The translations under genes were made by a program, and so were the position numbers. DNA of 64,000 nt from Nitrospirota bacterium (GTDB lineage: Bacteria > Nitrospirota > UBA9217), in assembly GCA_963845065.1 (NCBI GenBank), contig CAWJQQ010000007.1, positions 1-64,000 on the forward strand, written 5' to 3'. The notes under the pieces were generated by a model that was not told the DNA's origin, ran no database searches, and saw only the letters and a list, made by a program, of their open reading frames with translations. Shown piece after piece: positions 40,691 to 52,576 of the stretch (its first letter is position 1; every line of letters starts with the position of its first letter).

Positions 40691-41281
40691 TCAACTTTGG
40701 CATCTCCAATTCGTACATTCAGCATCCTCGTAGTCCTTCGGCGTATTCAGATTTTTAAATGACTTCCGTCCGGGATCAAAGCGGTCTATCTCCTGCTCTG
40801 TTACGTAACGCATCTGTACATGTCCGAACAACTCACGAATGCGTCTCCGATCATGTTTGATCTGCTCTTCTATAAGCGGTATGAGCCTTTTTCGATAGAT
40901 GGCGTGCAACGGCTCGAGCAGACCGTTGAGGGATGGGATGACAATATCATGGCCCTCTGCCAACCCTGCCATGTATGAAATCAAGGCCGGATTCAGGTAC
41001 GGCATATCGCAGGCCACAATGAAATTATATTCGGTGGATGACCTTATCAGACCGGAGTAGATTCCGGTAAGTGGTCCCCTTATATCAAATGCATCGGTAA
41101 CCACATTTACCTGGTAGCCTGTATAATGCTCTGGTGCATTTGTAACAATAATCAGGTTATGAAATACGCTCTGGAGTGATCTCAGAACGTGTTCTATCAA
41201 CGGAACACCTGCGACCTTCAGAAAAGCTTTGTCAGTACCCATGCGCCGGTTCTCACCGCCTGACAACACAATCCCTGTCAT
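40691..41281 (-). CDS. mobA: Molybdenum cofactor guanylyltransferase
   Basis: LSGGENRRMGTDKA, GPLTGI, ACDMP, NLNTPKD. Confidence 0.92.
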   Translation of the reverse strand: MTGIVLSGGENRRMGTDKAFLKVAGVPLIEHVLRSLQSVFHNLIIVTNAPEHYTGYQVNVVTDAFDIRGPLTGIYSGLIRSSTEYNFIVACDMPYLNPALISYMAGLAEGHDIVIPSLNGLLEPLHAIYRKRLIPLIEEQIKHDRRRIRELFGHVQMRYVTEQEIDRFDPGRKSFKNLNTPKDYEDAECTNWRCQS

Positions 41282-41399
41282 GTTTTAAAATTACAGCATT
41301 TGCTATAAGGTGTCAACAACGAACTTGAGAGACCCCATGATAATAAACGAAAAAATACAAAGAAATGAGTGCTGTACCTGACCACTCCTCGTGAGTGTC

Positions 41400-42162
41400 G
41401 AATCCAAGAGTGCCAGTTTACAAGGGCAAGTATAAAAGGACTACAACGACGTTGGCACGGTTAAGAAAGACGCCAAGCCGTGTCGCTTATCAAATAAGTA
41501 CGAGGAAACCAGAGCCAATCTCTCTGATTTTTAACGAAAAAGGAGGCGGGCAGAAAGTCGGCATGGAAAGCTTGTAGATGAGATATTAGCATTAGGAAGC
41601 GTCATCAAGCTGGAAGGTCTGAGCTATAGGTCATTAAAGTCTAATTTCGGCAAAGTGATGATTTTCGGCACCGGGGATATTTGCATCAATGCGTAACCAC
41701 AAGGCTGTGAGTGCCCGTGGCGAAGTGGTTGATCTTCCAGTCCGGAAACTCAGACTTACCCAGACCTGCCAGTGCACGAAGGTGGTGTAAAAGGCACTTT
41801 CCACGCGTTGGCTTAACTGCGACGCGGTTTACGGGTTCAACGCGATCTCTCTGGTCCGCATTTCTCACATATCACGTTTACGATTGGTTCTTGATACGGC
41901 CGGGGCAGCAATGCCCTGGTCCGGTTGCGGAACCGCTCCTCGCATAGGTTGTATCGAGACTGCTTCTCCAAGCTTCAAATGAAGAAACTGCATTTCCCCG
42001 AAGCTTCGGTCTCGGCCGGAGACAGAGTGGATCACCTGTGAAAGAAGACCATATTAAAACCAACAACCGGGATGTTTTAGCGGCCAGCACATATATATCG
42101 TGAGAGCCCGGAAAAGGAATTGGGTTTTTAGAACCCCCGGGCTTTAGTCTTGGGGAGGTTCA
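41400..42162 (+). mobile_element. Degenerate IS605/TnpB remnant related to the 62.4-64 kb element (left boundary uncertain)
   Basis: Shares GGCCGGAGACAGAG.GGATC.CCTGTGAAAGAAGACCAT, TCGTGAGAGCCCGGAA and right end GAACCCCC..GGGGAGGTTCA. Confidence 0.7.
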
Positions 42163-42595
42163 GACCTGCGACATTGTTTTTCTTTTTAAGGATATCTTCA
42201 ATCTCTTTGGCAGAGAACAGCTTACCTCTGCCGACACCCGGACAGGTAGGCACGACCTCCTGTCCCCAAACAACGCTGTTCATATTCTCAGGCCAAAACG
42301 GCCAGGTACGACATTGCCAGGGTCGGGAATCATAGACATCACATTTGTTGTTTTTGAGGAATGGACAGTCCTTATTATTATATTTTAGTTCATAGAGACC
42401 ATCGATTTTTTTCGTATATATCGCAGTAAACTCCGTCAAAGACATATTCAGATGCCCTGCAAGCCGCCGCCGGTCATTAAACGAAAGATACACATAACCA
42501 TATCTTCCCCGCGTTATGCAGCATCCGCCGTCACCCTGGCACTCGAAGCGTATCCCGTCCTGATAAAACTGCTTTCCCTTACTCACTATTTCCAC
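42128..42595 (-). CDS. YkgJ-family Cys-cluster protein
   Basis: FECQ..GCC, CPFL..CDVYDSRPWQCRTWPFW. Confidence 0.85.
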   Translation of the reverse strand: MEIVSKGKQFYQDGIRFECQGDGGCCITRGRYGYVYLSFNDRRRLAGHLNMSLTEFTAIYTKKIDGLYELKYNNKDCPFLKNNKCDVYDSRPWQCRTWPFWPENMNSVVWGQEVVPTCPGVGRGKLFSAKEIEDILKKKNNVAGLNLPKTKARGF

Positions 42596-42645
42596 GCCTC
42601 CTTAAAAGGTTGTTGCTTATTCCATCTTGTGATTGTCTAAGAAGT

Positions 42646-42933
42646 CTATTCCTGTTCTATCGTTGCAATCAGTGAAAGTGAATGGAGTTGGTCCCGATGA
42701 AGCTCGGCTTGTTCTAGTGGCTCAACAACACACAGCGCGACGCCATTACGGTGCGCTTCCAACATGATCCGTTCACATTCCTCTTTCCTAAACTTAAATA
42801 CCTTCATCAGAGATAGAACAACATAATCCATTGAATTTTTGTCATCATTATGAAGCAAGACTTTGTAACGCGGAATATGAGTAGTGTGCAGTTGAGTTAG
42901 TTCCGCAGGTGAAGTCGATGGTTGTATGGTCAT
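42646..42933 (-). CDS. clpS: Clp protease adaptor ClpS
   Basis: YKVLLHNDD, MLEAHRNG. Confidence 0.9.
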   Translation of the reverse strand: MTIQPSTSPAELTQLHTTHIPRYKVLLHNDDKNSMDYVVLSLMKVFKFRKEECERIMLEAHRNGVALCVVEPLEQAELHRDQLHSLSLIATIEQE

Positions 42934-43554
42934 CGGTATTATTAGTCAGTCCGTCGGATAAGCCGAAATTAAGCGATAGTTCTGTTTCCTACTCAATCAC
43001 GCCACTGGCATTCACGAGTTTGTGATCACTCAAAAGTTGAGCTGCGTACTGAAGCATTTTGTCACTGGGAAAAGGCCTTCAGCATCCGAAGGTAATTCCG
43101 GTTCATCATCATCGACAGCCACTGGAACAATGCTATTGATGATGTTAGGGCAGAGAGAACTCAGTATGATTGATGCAACATTGGTTATTGGCTGGAAAAT
43201 CAAGGAGCCTGAACTTGCCTACGATGTTCATATGAAGATGCCGAAAAAGGTCATGCTGCTGGAGGTCTGTCTCCTGGTATGAGCAGGCTTTACATTGAAA
43301 TGGGCAAAGCTTTATAACGAATGACGTATCGCCGCATACTACACCAACGTTATCGAAACAATCCTGCGACGAGTCTTTTGTGCCGATTTACTCTCAAAAA
43401 AGCCGTGTAGGGTACATGTTTTGGAAAAGGGCATTAGCCCCACATACCCTACTCTAGTATGCATCAAGTCGCTGCAATGGTTGTTAGGGTAGTAAGAGTT
43501 CCCGTTTAGACAAAAGAACTCATTATTTCACGTGCTACAGTGAAAAAATGCGAT

Positions 43555-45060
43555 TTAATTTTTAGACATCCGCAGTATTTTTTCGTGGCGCAAAAATACT
43601 TTTCGAAAGTGAAATCCGTAAATTGATAGTGTTATAGCGTGTGGAAAGAGTTTGGGTCGTGTGAAAAGCGACCAGGTAATAAGCTTCCAGTAATGGACAC
43701 GCTCTCTCCCGATGATGCCGAGACGAAAGACCGACTTGATTGCCGCATTGAAATGGCTGACCCGAAAGTAGGATCTCTTTAACTCTACGGGACGGTACTC
43801 TTTCAAAAATTTCTTCACTCGTGCATAGTAGTGCTTCGGAGAATAGATTGTATTGAGAATAGAGCGGTAGCCCGTCAGGAGAGCCTCGTTACTCATTTTC
43901 GGGATGAAGTTGATCGAAAAGTCTGTATTGTCGCCACTTGACGACTTCACGAGTCTCCCCTCCTCCTTCATTCGGTGGTACAGTTTGGTGCCATGAGGCG
44001 CATTCAGCAAACCGACCATTGCTGTCACGATTCCACTTTCCTGGATAAACCCGATTAATCGTTCGAAGATGGAATCTGGGTCTTTGTCGAACCCTACAAT
44101 GAACCCTGCCTGCACTTCGAGACCTGCGTGCTGTATCTTCCTGACAGAGGCGATAAGATCGCGGTTCCGGTTTTGAAGTTTGCTGCACTCGGCTAAGCTT
44201 TCATCATTTGGCGATTCGATTCCCACGAAGACCTGGTCGAACCCGGCTTTGACCATGAGTCTCATTAATTCATCGTCATCAGAGAGGTTAATAGAAACTT
44301 CCGTGTAGAGCGTAAATGGATACTTATGCTTCTCCATCCATTCGATGATAGCAGGAAGGAGCTCTTTTTTCAGCTTACCTTTGTTGCCGATGAAATTATC
44401 ATCCACGATGAACACACCACCCTTCCATCGTTGGGTGTACAATGCCTCGAACTCTGCCAGAACCTGATCAACGCTTTTAGTGCGAGGAACGCGTCCATAG
44501 AGGACGGTAATGTTGCAGAAGTCGCAATCAAAAGGGCAACCCCGCGAATACTGGATGTTCATGGATGCGTACTTTCTCTTATTCAGAAGGCCGAAGCGCG
44601 GTACAGGTGTCGTTGAAAGGTTCGCCCATTGTGGCGAGGTATAAAGATGACGGGCCTTCCCCTGCTTTAAATCTTCAAGAAAGAGCGGAAGTGTAATCTC
44701 AGCTTCATTCAAAATCAGGTGGTCTAAATGGGCGAATTCCTCTGGCATTGCTGTAAATAGCGGACCGCCCGCAATTATTTTGACGCCTAGTTTTTTGCAC
44801 CGGGCGACGATGGACTCTACAGATGCCCTCTGGATGGACATGGCGCTCAGAAATACATAATCAGCCCAACGCAGTTCGGTATCTTTGATGGACGTCACAT
44901 TTTTGTCCGCCAGGCGGACTTCCCAGTCCGAAGGCAGCATAGCAGCGACTGTGAGAAGTCCAAGCGGTGGAAGGGTTGCCTTCTTGGAAATAAACTTGAG
45001 TGCATACTTGAAACTCCAAAAAGTTTCTGGATATTTTGGATAAACGAGCAGTATTTTCAT
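43555..45060 (-). CDS. B12-binding radical SAM protein (DUF4070-type)
   Basis: PPLGLLTVAAMLP, SRGCPFDCDFC. Confidence 0.9.
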   Translation of the reverse strand: MKILLVYPKYPETFWSFKYALKFISKKATLPPLGLLTVAAMLPSDWEVRLADKNVTSIKDTELRWADYVFLSAMSIQRASVESIVARCKKLGVKIIAGGPLFTAMPEEFAHLDHLILNEAEITLPLFLEDLKQGKARHLYTSPQWANLSTTPVPRFGLLNKRKYASMNIQYSRGCPFDCDFCNITVLYGRVPRTKSVDQVLAEFEALYTQRWKGGVFIVDDNFIGNKGKLKKELLPAIIEWMEKHKYPFTLYTEVSINLSDDDELMRLMVKAGFDQVFVGIESPNDESLAECSKLQNRNRDLIASVRKIQHAGLEVQAGFIVGFDKDPDSIFERLIGFIQESGIVTAMVGLLNAPHGTKLYHRMKEEGRLVKSSSGDNTDFSINFIPKMSNEALLTGYRSILNTIYSPKHYYARVKKFLKEYRPVELKRSYFRVSHFNAAIKSVFRLGIIGRERVHYWKLITWSLFTRPKLFPHAITLSIYGFHFRKVFLRHEKILRMSKN

Positions 45061-45943
45061 GAAACCCCCTTAGATTTTGCAATGAAATGATTTAACGAAC
45101 AGACAGGAGTCCTGAAAAAGAAGCAGAATGCGAGTTTGCCCGAAAAAAATTGTTTTTTTATTATCCATCTTTTAACCTGAAATCACAAGATATATTTTAA
45201 CTTAATAAGAAGCGTAAAATATTAATTTTCGTTAATCCTAAAATGTTAAGTTTATAAATGCAGCCGTGTTAGTCAACGCATTGTATAATGGCGGCAATTT
45301 CCTTACGAATTTCGCCTATAGATCTTATGTCTAATCAGAAAGACAGAAATCCGCAAGAAAAGAGATACATAAGGGAAAACGCCAGGTTTCCGTCTAAATA
45401 CTAACAAACTGACCAATTCAAGCCAAACATCATTAAAGTGGAACCAGCTTATACCAGCGGTAGTTATTTGCAAATCGAAAGATATCTTCAGTAAATATTC
45501 TTTATCAAACGGCTTGGATGGCTGAGACCCATTTTGTTTAAGGCAACATTAAATTGGCCCGATCGGTCTATCAGAAGACTAGGTGGTATGTCCACATTAC
45601 CTTTAAAGTGAAACTCCACCAGCGGGAGGTGGGGGCTTCCTTAAATGTTACATGCGACAATCATGCATGAGTCCTGCGGGCTGCCGCTTCATCACCAGAC
45701 AGAAGTCTGGTGTTTTTTGCGGCTCAATAATATTCCTAAGCTTGAAAAGATTGAGAATGATCAGCCTTCACGCTTAGAAAGATGCCAAAGTTTTATACGG
45801 TATTGAAATAATTTGTCATTTCATGGTCCAAAAAGTCAAGAACCTTAGATCTATTAAAATCAGGAATAAAAAAAAGATCGGCTCATACATGTCCTGCATT
45901 TTACGTTCAAGTGGCAATGAACAGATCCCGATCTTCGAATCTT

Positions 45944-46942
45944 TTACGCTTGTCCGGCTGAACCGAGTACTTCTTTATTTTTATGGATGATCATCTTGAT
46001 TAACTCATCGCGGGCCGGACCGAGATACTTTCTAGGATCAAACTCAGCCGGCTTCTCTGCTAAAGTTTTTCGAATCATTGCGGTCATGGCCAGACGTCCA
46101 TCGCTGTCGATGTTGACCTTACACACGGCACTCCGTGCTGCCTTTCTAAGCTGGTCTTCGGGGATACCAACGGCGTCTTTAAGCGCTCCACCGTTTTTAT
46201 TGATTATCTGGACATAATCGGGAATCACGGATGAGGCACCGTGAAGCACGATTGGGAATCCAGGTATTCGTTTTTCGATTTCTTCAAGAATGTCAAAACG
46301 AAGCGGAGGTGGCACAAGAACGCCGCGTGCGTCGCGGGTGCACTGCTCTGGTTTGAACTTCATGGCGCCATGAGACGTTCCGATCGAGATAGCGAGGGAA
46401 TCGACGTTTGTCTTCTTGACAAAGTCTTCGACCTGCTCAGGTTTAGTATAAGTAGACTTCTCGGCTGATACGGCGTCTTCTATCCCCGCCAGAACGCCCA
46501 GTTCCCCCTCAACGACCACGCCATTGGCATGCGCGTATTCGACAACCTGTTTGGTCACTTCAACGTTGTCTTCATAGGAGTGGTGGGAACCATCGATCAT
46601 GACTGAAGAAAAGCCAGTATCGACGCAGGACTTGCAGAGTTCAAGGGTATCTCCGTGGTCCAAGTGCAATGCAAATTTTACTGGTGATCCTGCGTCCTTG
46701 ATCATGGCGACGGCTCCCATGGCGAGAAACCGCAACAAGGTTTGGTTCGCATACTTACGTGCTCCGCTCGAAACCTGCAGGATGAAGGGGGACTTTGATT
46801 CTACGCATCCCAATACGATTGCCTGAAGTTGTTCCATATTGTTAAAGTTGTATGCCGGAATCGCGTATTTGCCCCTCATCGCTTTCGCAAACATAGCTGT
46901 AGTCGTGACCAGACCTATGTCATTAAACGAAACTTTTTCCAT
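45944..46942 (-). CDS. fba: Class II fructose-bisphosphate aldolase
   Basis: LHLDHG, VMIDGS, GTSHG, VLHGAS, FDPRKYL. Confidence 0.95.
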   Translation of the reverse strand: MEKVSFNDIGLVTTTAMFAKAMRGKYAIPAYNFNNMEQLQAIVLGCVESKSPFILQVSSGARKYANQTLLRFLAMGAVAMIKDAGSPVKFALHLDHGDTLELCKSCVDTGFSSVMIDGSHHSYEDNVEVTKQVVEYAHANGVVVEGELGVLAGIEDAVSAEKSTYTKPEQVEDFVKKTNVDSLAISIGTSHGAMKFKPEQCTRDARGVLVPPPLRFDILEEIEKRIPGFPIVLHGASSVIPDYVQIINKNGGALKDAVGIPEDQLRKAARSAVCKVNIDSDGRLAMTAMIRKTLAEKPAEFDPRKYLGPARDELIKMIIHKNKEVLGSAGQA

Positions 46943-47323
46943 TCTGGTATCCTCCTGATAAATATAATTTATTTCGTGGGAGAACTATGAGTACTTTAAT
47001 AGTACCGGCCTTAAACTGAACGGGTTATATTTTAGCATGAGTTTAATACAAACATCAAGTATTCTTAATTAACCTTTCACCGTGAATGCTCACGCAAATA
47101 AAGTTAAGACTAATCTATTGGTTGGGTCTTCCAAATGAAATATGTTTTCTGCCCGTCCACTTGAGTGATTGTCCCGGCACATTTGATACAGCCATACTTT
47201 AGCATTGATTCTTAGCGTGCCAATATGCTATATTCCCGTTGCTGACAAATGTCTAGATGCCTGCCAAACTAGCGATCTACTTCTGAAAGTCTTGAGATGA
47301 ATAAGGATAACTAAAGGTGGAGT

Positions 47324-48670
47324 ATGCCCTATAAAGCTTGGTTTCAATGTATCAATGAGCAGTGCAAAGCGCAATTCCCTCTCAATAAAATTATCTACCG
47401 CTGTGAGACCTGCGGTTCTCTTCTTGGTGTTAATCATGACGTGCAGGCCCTTGCTCGCCGAGATGCCAAAGCCTGGATGAAACTCTTCGAGGACCGGTAC
47501 AAATCTACTCAGTGGCCCTATGGTTCGGGAGTATGGGGAAAAAAAGAATGGGTCCTGCCGAATATCCATGACGACAATATCGTCTCGCTGTACGAAGGTG
47601 CTACTAATCTGTTCTGGGCGGAGCGGTTCGGCAAGATGATCGGAATCGACAATCTCTGGCTTAAGCTTTGCGGTAACTCACACAGCGGGTCTTTCAAAGA
47701 CCTCGGAATGACTGTCCTCGTTTCCCAGGTTAAACAGATGATCAGCGAAGGTGCTCCGATTGAGGCCGTTGCCTGCGCCTCTACCGGAGACACATCAGCC
47801 GCCCTTGCAACCTACTGTGCGGCTGCTGGCATCCAATCCATCGTACTTTTACCAAAGGGTAAGATATCCATCGCCCAACTCGTGCAACCCATAGCAAACG
47901 GGGCGCTCGTGCTTTCGCTTGACACGGACTTCGACGGTTGCATGCGGGTGGTTCAGGAAATTACCAAGGACGAAACCATCTATCTTGCTAATTCCATGAA
48001 TTCACTCCGGATTGAAGGCCAGAAGACAGTGGGCATCGAGATCGTGCAGCAGTTCGATTGGGCAGTGCCAGATGTAATCATAATCCCCGGGGGAAATCTG
48101 GGGAACGTGTCCGCATTGGGTAGCGGTCTTTTGATGATGCGCGACCTAGGCCTTATCACAAAACTACCACGTATCGTTGTTGCACAGGCTGAGAGGGCAA
48201 ACCCGCTCTATCGCTCATACCTCAGGAACTTCGAATCCTATGAGCCCATGCATGCCCAGAAGACCTTAGCCAGCGCCATCCAGATCGGCAACCCCGTAAG
48301 CATCGAGAAGGCCATCAGGACCTTAAAGCAGTTCAGTGGCATCGTAATGGATGCCACTGAGCAGGAACTGGCAGACGCTGCGGCTCTTGGCGATACTACT
48401 GGTATGTTTAACTGCCCCCATACCGGTGTTGCCCTTGCAGCACTGATCAAACTTTTAAAAGCGGGAAAGATCGATCGATCCGAACATGTCGTGGTCATCT
48501 CCACGGCACACGGGCTAAAGTTCACTGACTTTAAAGTTAACTATCACGAAGAAAAGTTCGATTTCCCCTGCCGGTTTGCAAACAAACCTATCGAGTTGCC
48601 GCCGACTGTGGACGCTGTCAAGGATGCTTTAAAACACGCACTAAAAAAGAGGAGAGAACGGAATGCCTAA
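47324..48670 (+). CDS. thrC: Threonine synthase
   Basis: SGSFKDLG (PLP lysine), [17 protein letters not shown]. Confidence 0.93.
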   Translation: MPYKAWFQCINEQCKAQFPLNKIIYRCETCGSLLGVNHDVQALARRDAKAWMKLFEDRYKSTQWPYGSGVWGKKEWVLPNIHDDNIVSLYEGATNLFWAERFGKMIGIDNLWLKLCGNSHSGSFKDLGMTVLVSQVKQMISEGAPIEAVACASTGDTSAALATYCAAAGIQSIVLLPKGKISIAQLVQPIANGALVLSLDTDFDGCMRVVQEITKDETIYLANSMNSLRIEGQKTVGIEIVQQFDWAVPDVIIIPGGNLGNVSALGSGLLMMRDLGLITKLPRIVVAQAERANPLYRSYLRNFESYEPMHAQKTLASAIQIGNPVSIEKAIRTLKQFSGIVMDATEQELADAAALGDTTGMFNCPHTGVALAALIKLLKAGKIDRSEHVVVISTAHGLKFTDFKVNYHEEKFDFPCRFANKPIELPPTVDAVKDALKHALKKRRERNA

Positions 48671-49871
48671 GAATCCATCCAACCCGAAGAATTGGAATCC
48701 TGCCACACTCGGCATACACGGCCTAGACCGTGTTCATCACGCCAACTTCGCGGTTTCCACGCCAATCGCACATACTTCAAATTACTATTTTAACAACACT
48801 CAAGAAGTCTACGACTTTATGAAATCCAAAAGCGACGGAACGGTGATTCGCGAGCATGAATACGGTCGCTACGGCAACCCAACCCAACAGGAGTGCGAGC
48901 GTAAACTTGCTGCTATCGAGGGTGCCGAACGTGCAGTATTGTTCTCCACCGGCATGAGCGCCGTTATCCTGACGATAATGACGTTCATGCGCCGCGACGG
49001 GCACATTATCTTTACGAGCGACTGTTATCGGCAGACACGAGACTTCGCCGCAAACCTGTTGGCCGAATTTGGAATCGAGGTTTCGATGGTGGACCCAACC
49101 GCCGCGGCCATCGAAAAGGCCATCAGGCCGAACACGAATATCATCTTCACAGAATCACCGACAAACCCCTATCTGCGGTGCCTGGATATGCCGGCAGTGG
49201 TCAAAGTCGCAAAACGACATAACGTTTTGACCCTTATCGATGCCACGCTGGCCACGCCGTATAATATCCGTCCTTTGGATTTCGGTGTCGATGTAGTCAT
49301 CCATTCGGCAACAAAGTACCTGGGCGGTCACAATGATCTCCTTGCCGGCGTCACGCTCGGCTCGGACAAACTTATGAACGAAGTCTATCGCATGCAGCGC
49401 ATGATCGGCGCGACACCGGGTCCGCTAACCTGCTTCCTTCTAGAGCGAGGTCTTAAGACCTTCGGACTGCGGATGAAACACCACAATGAGGCAGGCCTTG
49501 CCATTGCGCGCATGCTTGAGGCAAACTCCAAGGTTGAGAAGGTCTGGTATCCCGGTCTTGATTCCCATCCGGACCACGCTATCGCAAAAGAGCAGATGAA
49601 GGGGTTCGGCAGCGTAGTCACCTTTCTCCTGCGCGGTGATGATGCTAAAACTAGGAAGTTCATAGACTCCCTCGAACTCTTCCTGATCACACCGAGCCTC
49701 GGCGGAAGCGAAAGTCTCGTTACGCAGATGTGGATGATGTCGTTCTTCGACTACCCGGCAGAGTACAGGAAAAAGATTGGGATGTCGGACAACCTCGTCA
49801 GGCTGGCGCTAGGTCTGGAAGATGTGGACGATTTGATTGCTGATTTAAAACAGGCATTAGATAAGGTGTAG
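48663..49871 (+). CDS. metB: Cystathionine gamma-synthase family PLP enzyme
   Basis: [34 protein letters not shown]. Confidence 0.85.
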   Translation: MPKNPSNPKNWNPATLGIHGLDRVHHANFAVSTPIAHTSNYYFNNTQEVYDFMKSKSDGTVIREHEYGRYGNPTQQECERKLAAIEGAERAVLFSTGMSAVILTIMTFMRRDGHIIFTSDCYRQTRDFAANLLAEFGIEVSMVDPTAAAIEKAIRPNTNIIFTESPTNPYLRCLDMPAVVKVAKRHNVLTLIDATLATPYNIRPLDFGVDVVIHSATKYLGGHNDLLAGVTLGSDKLMNEVYRMQRMIGATPGPLTCFLLERGLKTFGLRMKHHNEAGLAIARMLEANSKVEKVWYPGLDSHPDHAIAKEQMKGFGSVVTFLLRGDDAKTRKFIDSLELFLITPSLGGSESLVTQMWMMSFFDYPAEYRKKIGMSDNLVRLALGLEDVDDLIADLKQALDKV

Positions 49872-50032
49872 AGCTTGTTTCCCACAAAGACACAAAGGGC
49901 AGTCACTACTACGGCGAGAATTCACTCGTGCCTTTTCGCGAGAGGCGGTCAAAGGTTTTAAGTTCTGTCAATTTTAAAGGAGGATTGCAAACACTGCATT
50001 TATGATTCCTGCATCTGTTCCTCCATCCTTGA

Positions 50033-50776
50033 TCATCTCTGCGTCGTAATGTCCTTCATAATCTGTCCTTTGATGAAATTCCTGAGCAATTCCTTGTCCG
50101 TATCCGTTATTTCACTAAACTTGAGACCCATCCCAGGTTCTTTAACTAACCCTTGGGCCAACGTGACGCTACGCACGACGACGGCCTTGAGTTTAACAGG
50201 AATGGAATGGATGATCAGGTTCACCGGGACAATAGTATTGACCGGCCTTGGATTCAGGGTACACACAAAGACGCCGTTTTCCGACAGCTCGGAGACGAAT
50301 TCGACACTGCTTGCAGAATCATTGGACGTATGGCCTCCGACCCGGACCGGCAACAGGGTCCGCAGTCGCACGAATTGCCGTGGCGTCACTTCAGTAGCGT
50401 GCTGGATGGCTTTATAGAGCGCATCCAGTTCCGCCGGCTTTCTGAGAAAGGCTGCACACCCGGAAGCACGACAGTGTTCTTCTCTTTTCTGGTCACCAAC
50501 TGCAGTATGAATGATGATAGGAATACTTTTGGTCGCAGGGTTGTGTCTGAGATGGACGAGTAGTTCCAGGCCGGACATCTGCTGGAGCGAAAGTTCTGTT
50601 ATGATCAGTTCCGGCAGAGCGGCATCGATGAGTTTGAGAGCATCCTCGCCGGAATTTGCAATGTACACGTCGTAGTCGAGCCGTTGAAGAATCGTTCCGG
50701 TTGCGAACAAATCACGGACGTAACTGTCCACGAGAAGAGCATAGGTCTTTTTCCTATCAGGCATCGTCTTTTCCAT
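50033..50776 (-). CDS. Receiver-like domain + PilZ domain protein
   Basis: Receiver fold with LRKP; PilZ RQFVR..ELSENG, GMGLKF. Confidence 0.8.
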   Translation of the reverse strand: MEKTMPDRKKTYALLVDSYVRDLFATGTILQRLDYDVYIANSGEDALKLIDAALPELIITELSLQQMSGLELLVHLRHNPATKSIPIIIHTAVGDQKREEHCRASGCAAFLRKPAELDALYKAIQHATEVTPRQFVRLRTLLPVRVGGHTSNDSASSVEFVSELSENGVFVCTLNPRPVNTIVPVNLIIHSIPVKLKAVVVRSVTLAQGLVKEPGMGLKFSEITDTDKELLRNFIKGQIMKDITTQR

Positions 50777-50919
50777 CACAGCAAGGTCAATCACAGCAGT
50801 AATGACTCCTTTTTCCATACTGAAATACAGACAGTGCATTGATTATTGCACGGCACACAGACATTGTCAATTGCAAGGTTCTCGATGTATTCCATATGCG
50901 ATTTTCTGCAGTCAAGTCA

Positions 50920-51400
50920 CATTTCTCCCCGCAAATACCATGATGCCATGCTAGCCTATTGCGCAACCGCTTCGTATGAACGATAGAGGTCACTTTCTTG
51001 GGGATTAAGGAGTTGAAAGAAACTACTCTCGCCTGGGCTAGGAAATAAAACGGAGCAGGTATGACTATGAACCCCCGTCTTGTAAACAGGGCCTTCGCGC
51101 GTATCATATAGTAGGCGGATGTAGCTATCACGATGTGGTCTCCTTTGACGAGTTTGCGCACTTCGTAGGAATTGTTAAAGCATATTTCGGGAAACATTCT
51201 CAATGCTCACCTGTTTCTTAGGCACGCCCATCGCGTTGGCGGAAAGCATGGCATCTGCGTTATTTACTTTTGTGGGAAATGGTTTACCGTTTCCTCCACA
51301 CAAAGCAAGCGGAACCGTAACTCTTTTTTGTTAACGCGACTCCCGCAAAAAGGTGGAGCAACACAGTCAGTGGCACGATCAGAAATCATATCATTTTTTG
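50920..51400 (-). pseudogene. YdcF/DUF218-like remnant
   Basis: IVIATSAYYMIRAKALF..GFIVIPAP; frames broken. Confidence 0.5.
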
Positions 51401-51411
51401 AAGAACGTATA

Positions 51412-51609
51412 TCATAATTTACGACGAATCAATTTGTTTTTCGGCTCAAAATGCTGGCAGGGAATTCCTGAAGACTGAAAGACAACAAAAGTAGAAACAT
51501 TTTTTGATTTGAAACCCATAGCTCTACATCCATAGGGAAAGGCTTTTTCCCACGTGACGAAATAATGTCTGCATTTATTACAAGATATTGTTTCTTTCTG
51601 CTCTGTCAT
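51412..51609 (-). CDS. Small Cys-rich conserved hypothetical protein
   Basis: CNKCRHYFVTWEKAFPYGCRAMGFKS..C. Confidence 0.7.
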   Translation of the reverse strand: MTEQKETISCNKCRHYFVTWEKAFPYGCRAMGFKSKNVSTFVVFQSSGIPCQHFEPKNKLIRRKL

Positions 51610-51690
51610 AAGCCTGATTCTGTAGGATACGTAATTGATAAGACCTTTGTCGGATATCCAGCTAGGATATATAAAACAAAAAGGGATTGA

Positions 51691-52287
51691 TCAATATCCT
51701 ACGTTCCCGAAACAAGGAATGCAGACGATTTCTCCATTTTTCACGCGCCCGCGGGATTCCATGAGTTTTTCTCCGCACGCGGCACACCGTACTGACCCAT
51801 GAATTTTCGCTTGTTGAGGAGGTTGTGACATAACCTCTGTAAAAGCCATGATCTCATTTTCATCTGCTTTCAAGATAGCGGCTGCCTTTTCCATTTTAAA
51901 TACTTGCATCTCAACGGAAACGTCTTCTCCAGCCTTCTGTCTTTTTTTCAGTACCGAATAACGACCGTCGTCTTCGAACCCGCGATAGTCTTCGGATATT
52001 CTAATGCCTTTACCAGTACGGCGACTGAAAAAAGTATATACGTGTTTGCCATAGTCCCTAAAGATCAGGTTCCCTTTTCCGAAGGTGCAGCCGGTAATGA
52101 ACTGAATGGCGTCCGCAGCGCAGGAATCGTTCTCGATAATTGCAACAAGCTCCTCGTCCTCAGGTCGCTCTGCCTTCAATTCACGGAGCGCTGCTTTTGC
52201 CACGCGAAAGCCGAGCGCGAGGCCGGGGCAGAGATGGCCGTGAAACTGAACTGTATCTCTTAACTCGTCATTGTTCGGTCCATTCAT
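51691..52287 (-). CDS. FmdE-family protein with C-terminal Zn finger
   Basis: FHGHLCPGLALG, CAADAIQFITGCTFGKGNL, CAACGE..CIPC. Confidence 0.9.
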   Translation of the reverse strand: MNGPNNDELRDTVQFHGHLCPGLALGFRVAKAALRELKAERPEDEELVAIIENDSCAADAIQFITGCTFGKGNLIFRDYGKHVYTFFSRRTGKGIRISEDYRGFEDDGRYSVLKKRQKAGEDVSVEMQVFKMEKAAAILKADENEIMAFTEVMSQPPQQAKIHGSVRCAACGEKLMESRGRVKNGEIVCIPCFGNVGY

Positions 52288-52576
52288 GAATACCTCTTTA
52301 GTCTGTTTGTACAGCAGAGAGCATGCTGTCCGCAAAGAAATCCCTGGATGGAGTAAACTCGCATGCTGGTTTTTCCGCTATAACATTAAACCTGCTGATT
52401 GCCAGCGGCATGTTTCGTGCTTTTTGGAACGACAAGCTTAAGGTCCAACGCAATGCCATGGGGTATAAACTCTGCAATTAAATGATAAAAAGCGTCTTAA
52501 GCTTTACAGTGTTAATTTTATGCCTTTTGTTCTTCCAAGTAAATCTTCCGCCGCATTGACTTCCGCGATAACAATA

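Noticed and set aside
42960..43330. Possible degenerate TIR-like gene on the minus strand, and the 86-aa plus-strand ORF
   Set aside because: Only faint fragments across broken frames; not supportable by eye
45330..45730. IS605-like hairpins and possible tnpB scraps
   Set aside because: Probably a remnant, but too degenerate to assign boundaries or a product
26998..46942. Class I and class II aldolases both present as a novelty
   Set aside because: Co-occurrence is common in bacteria
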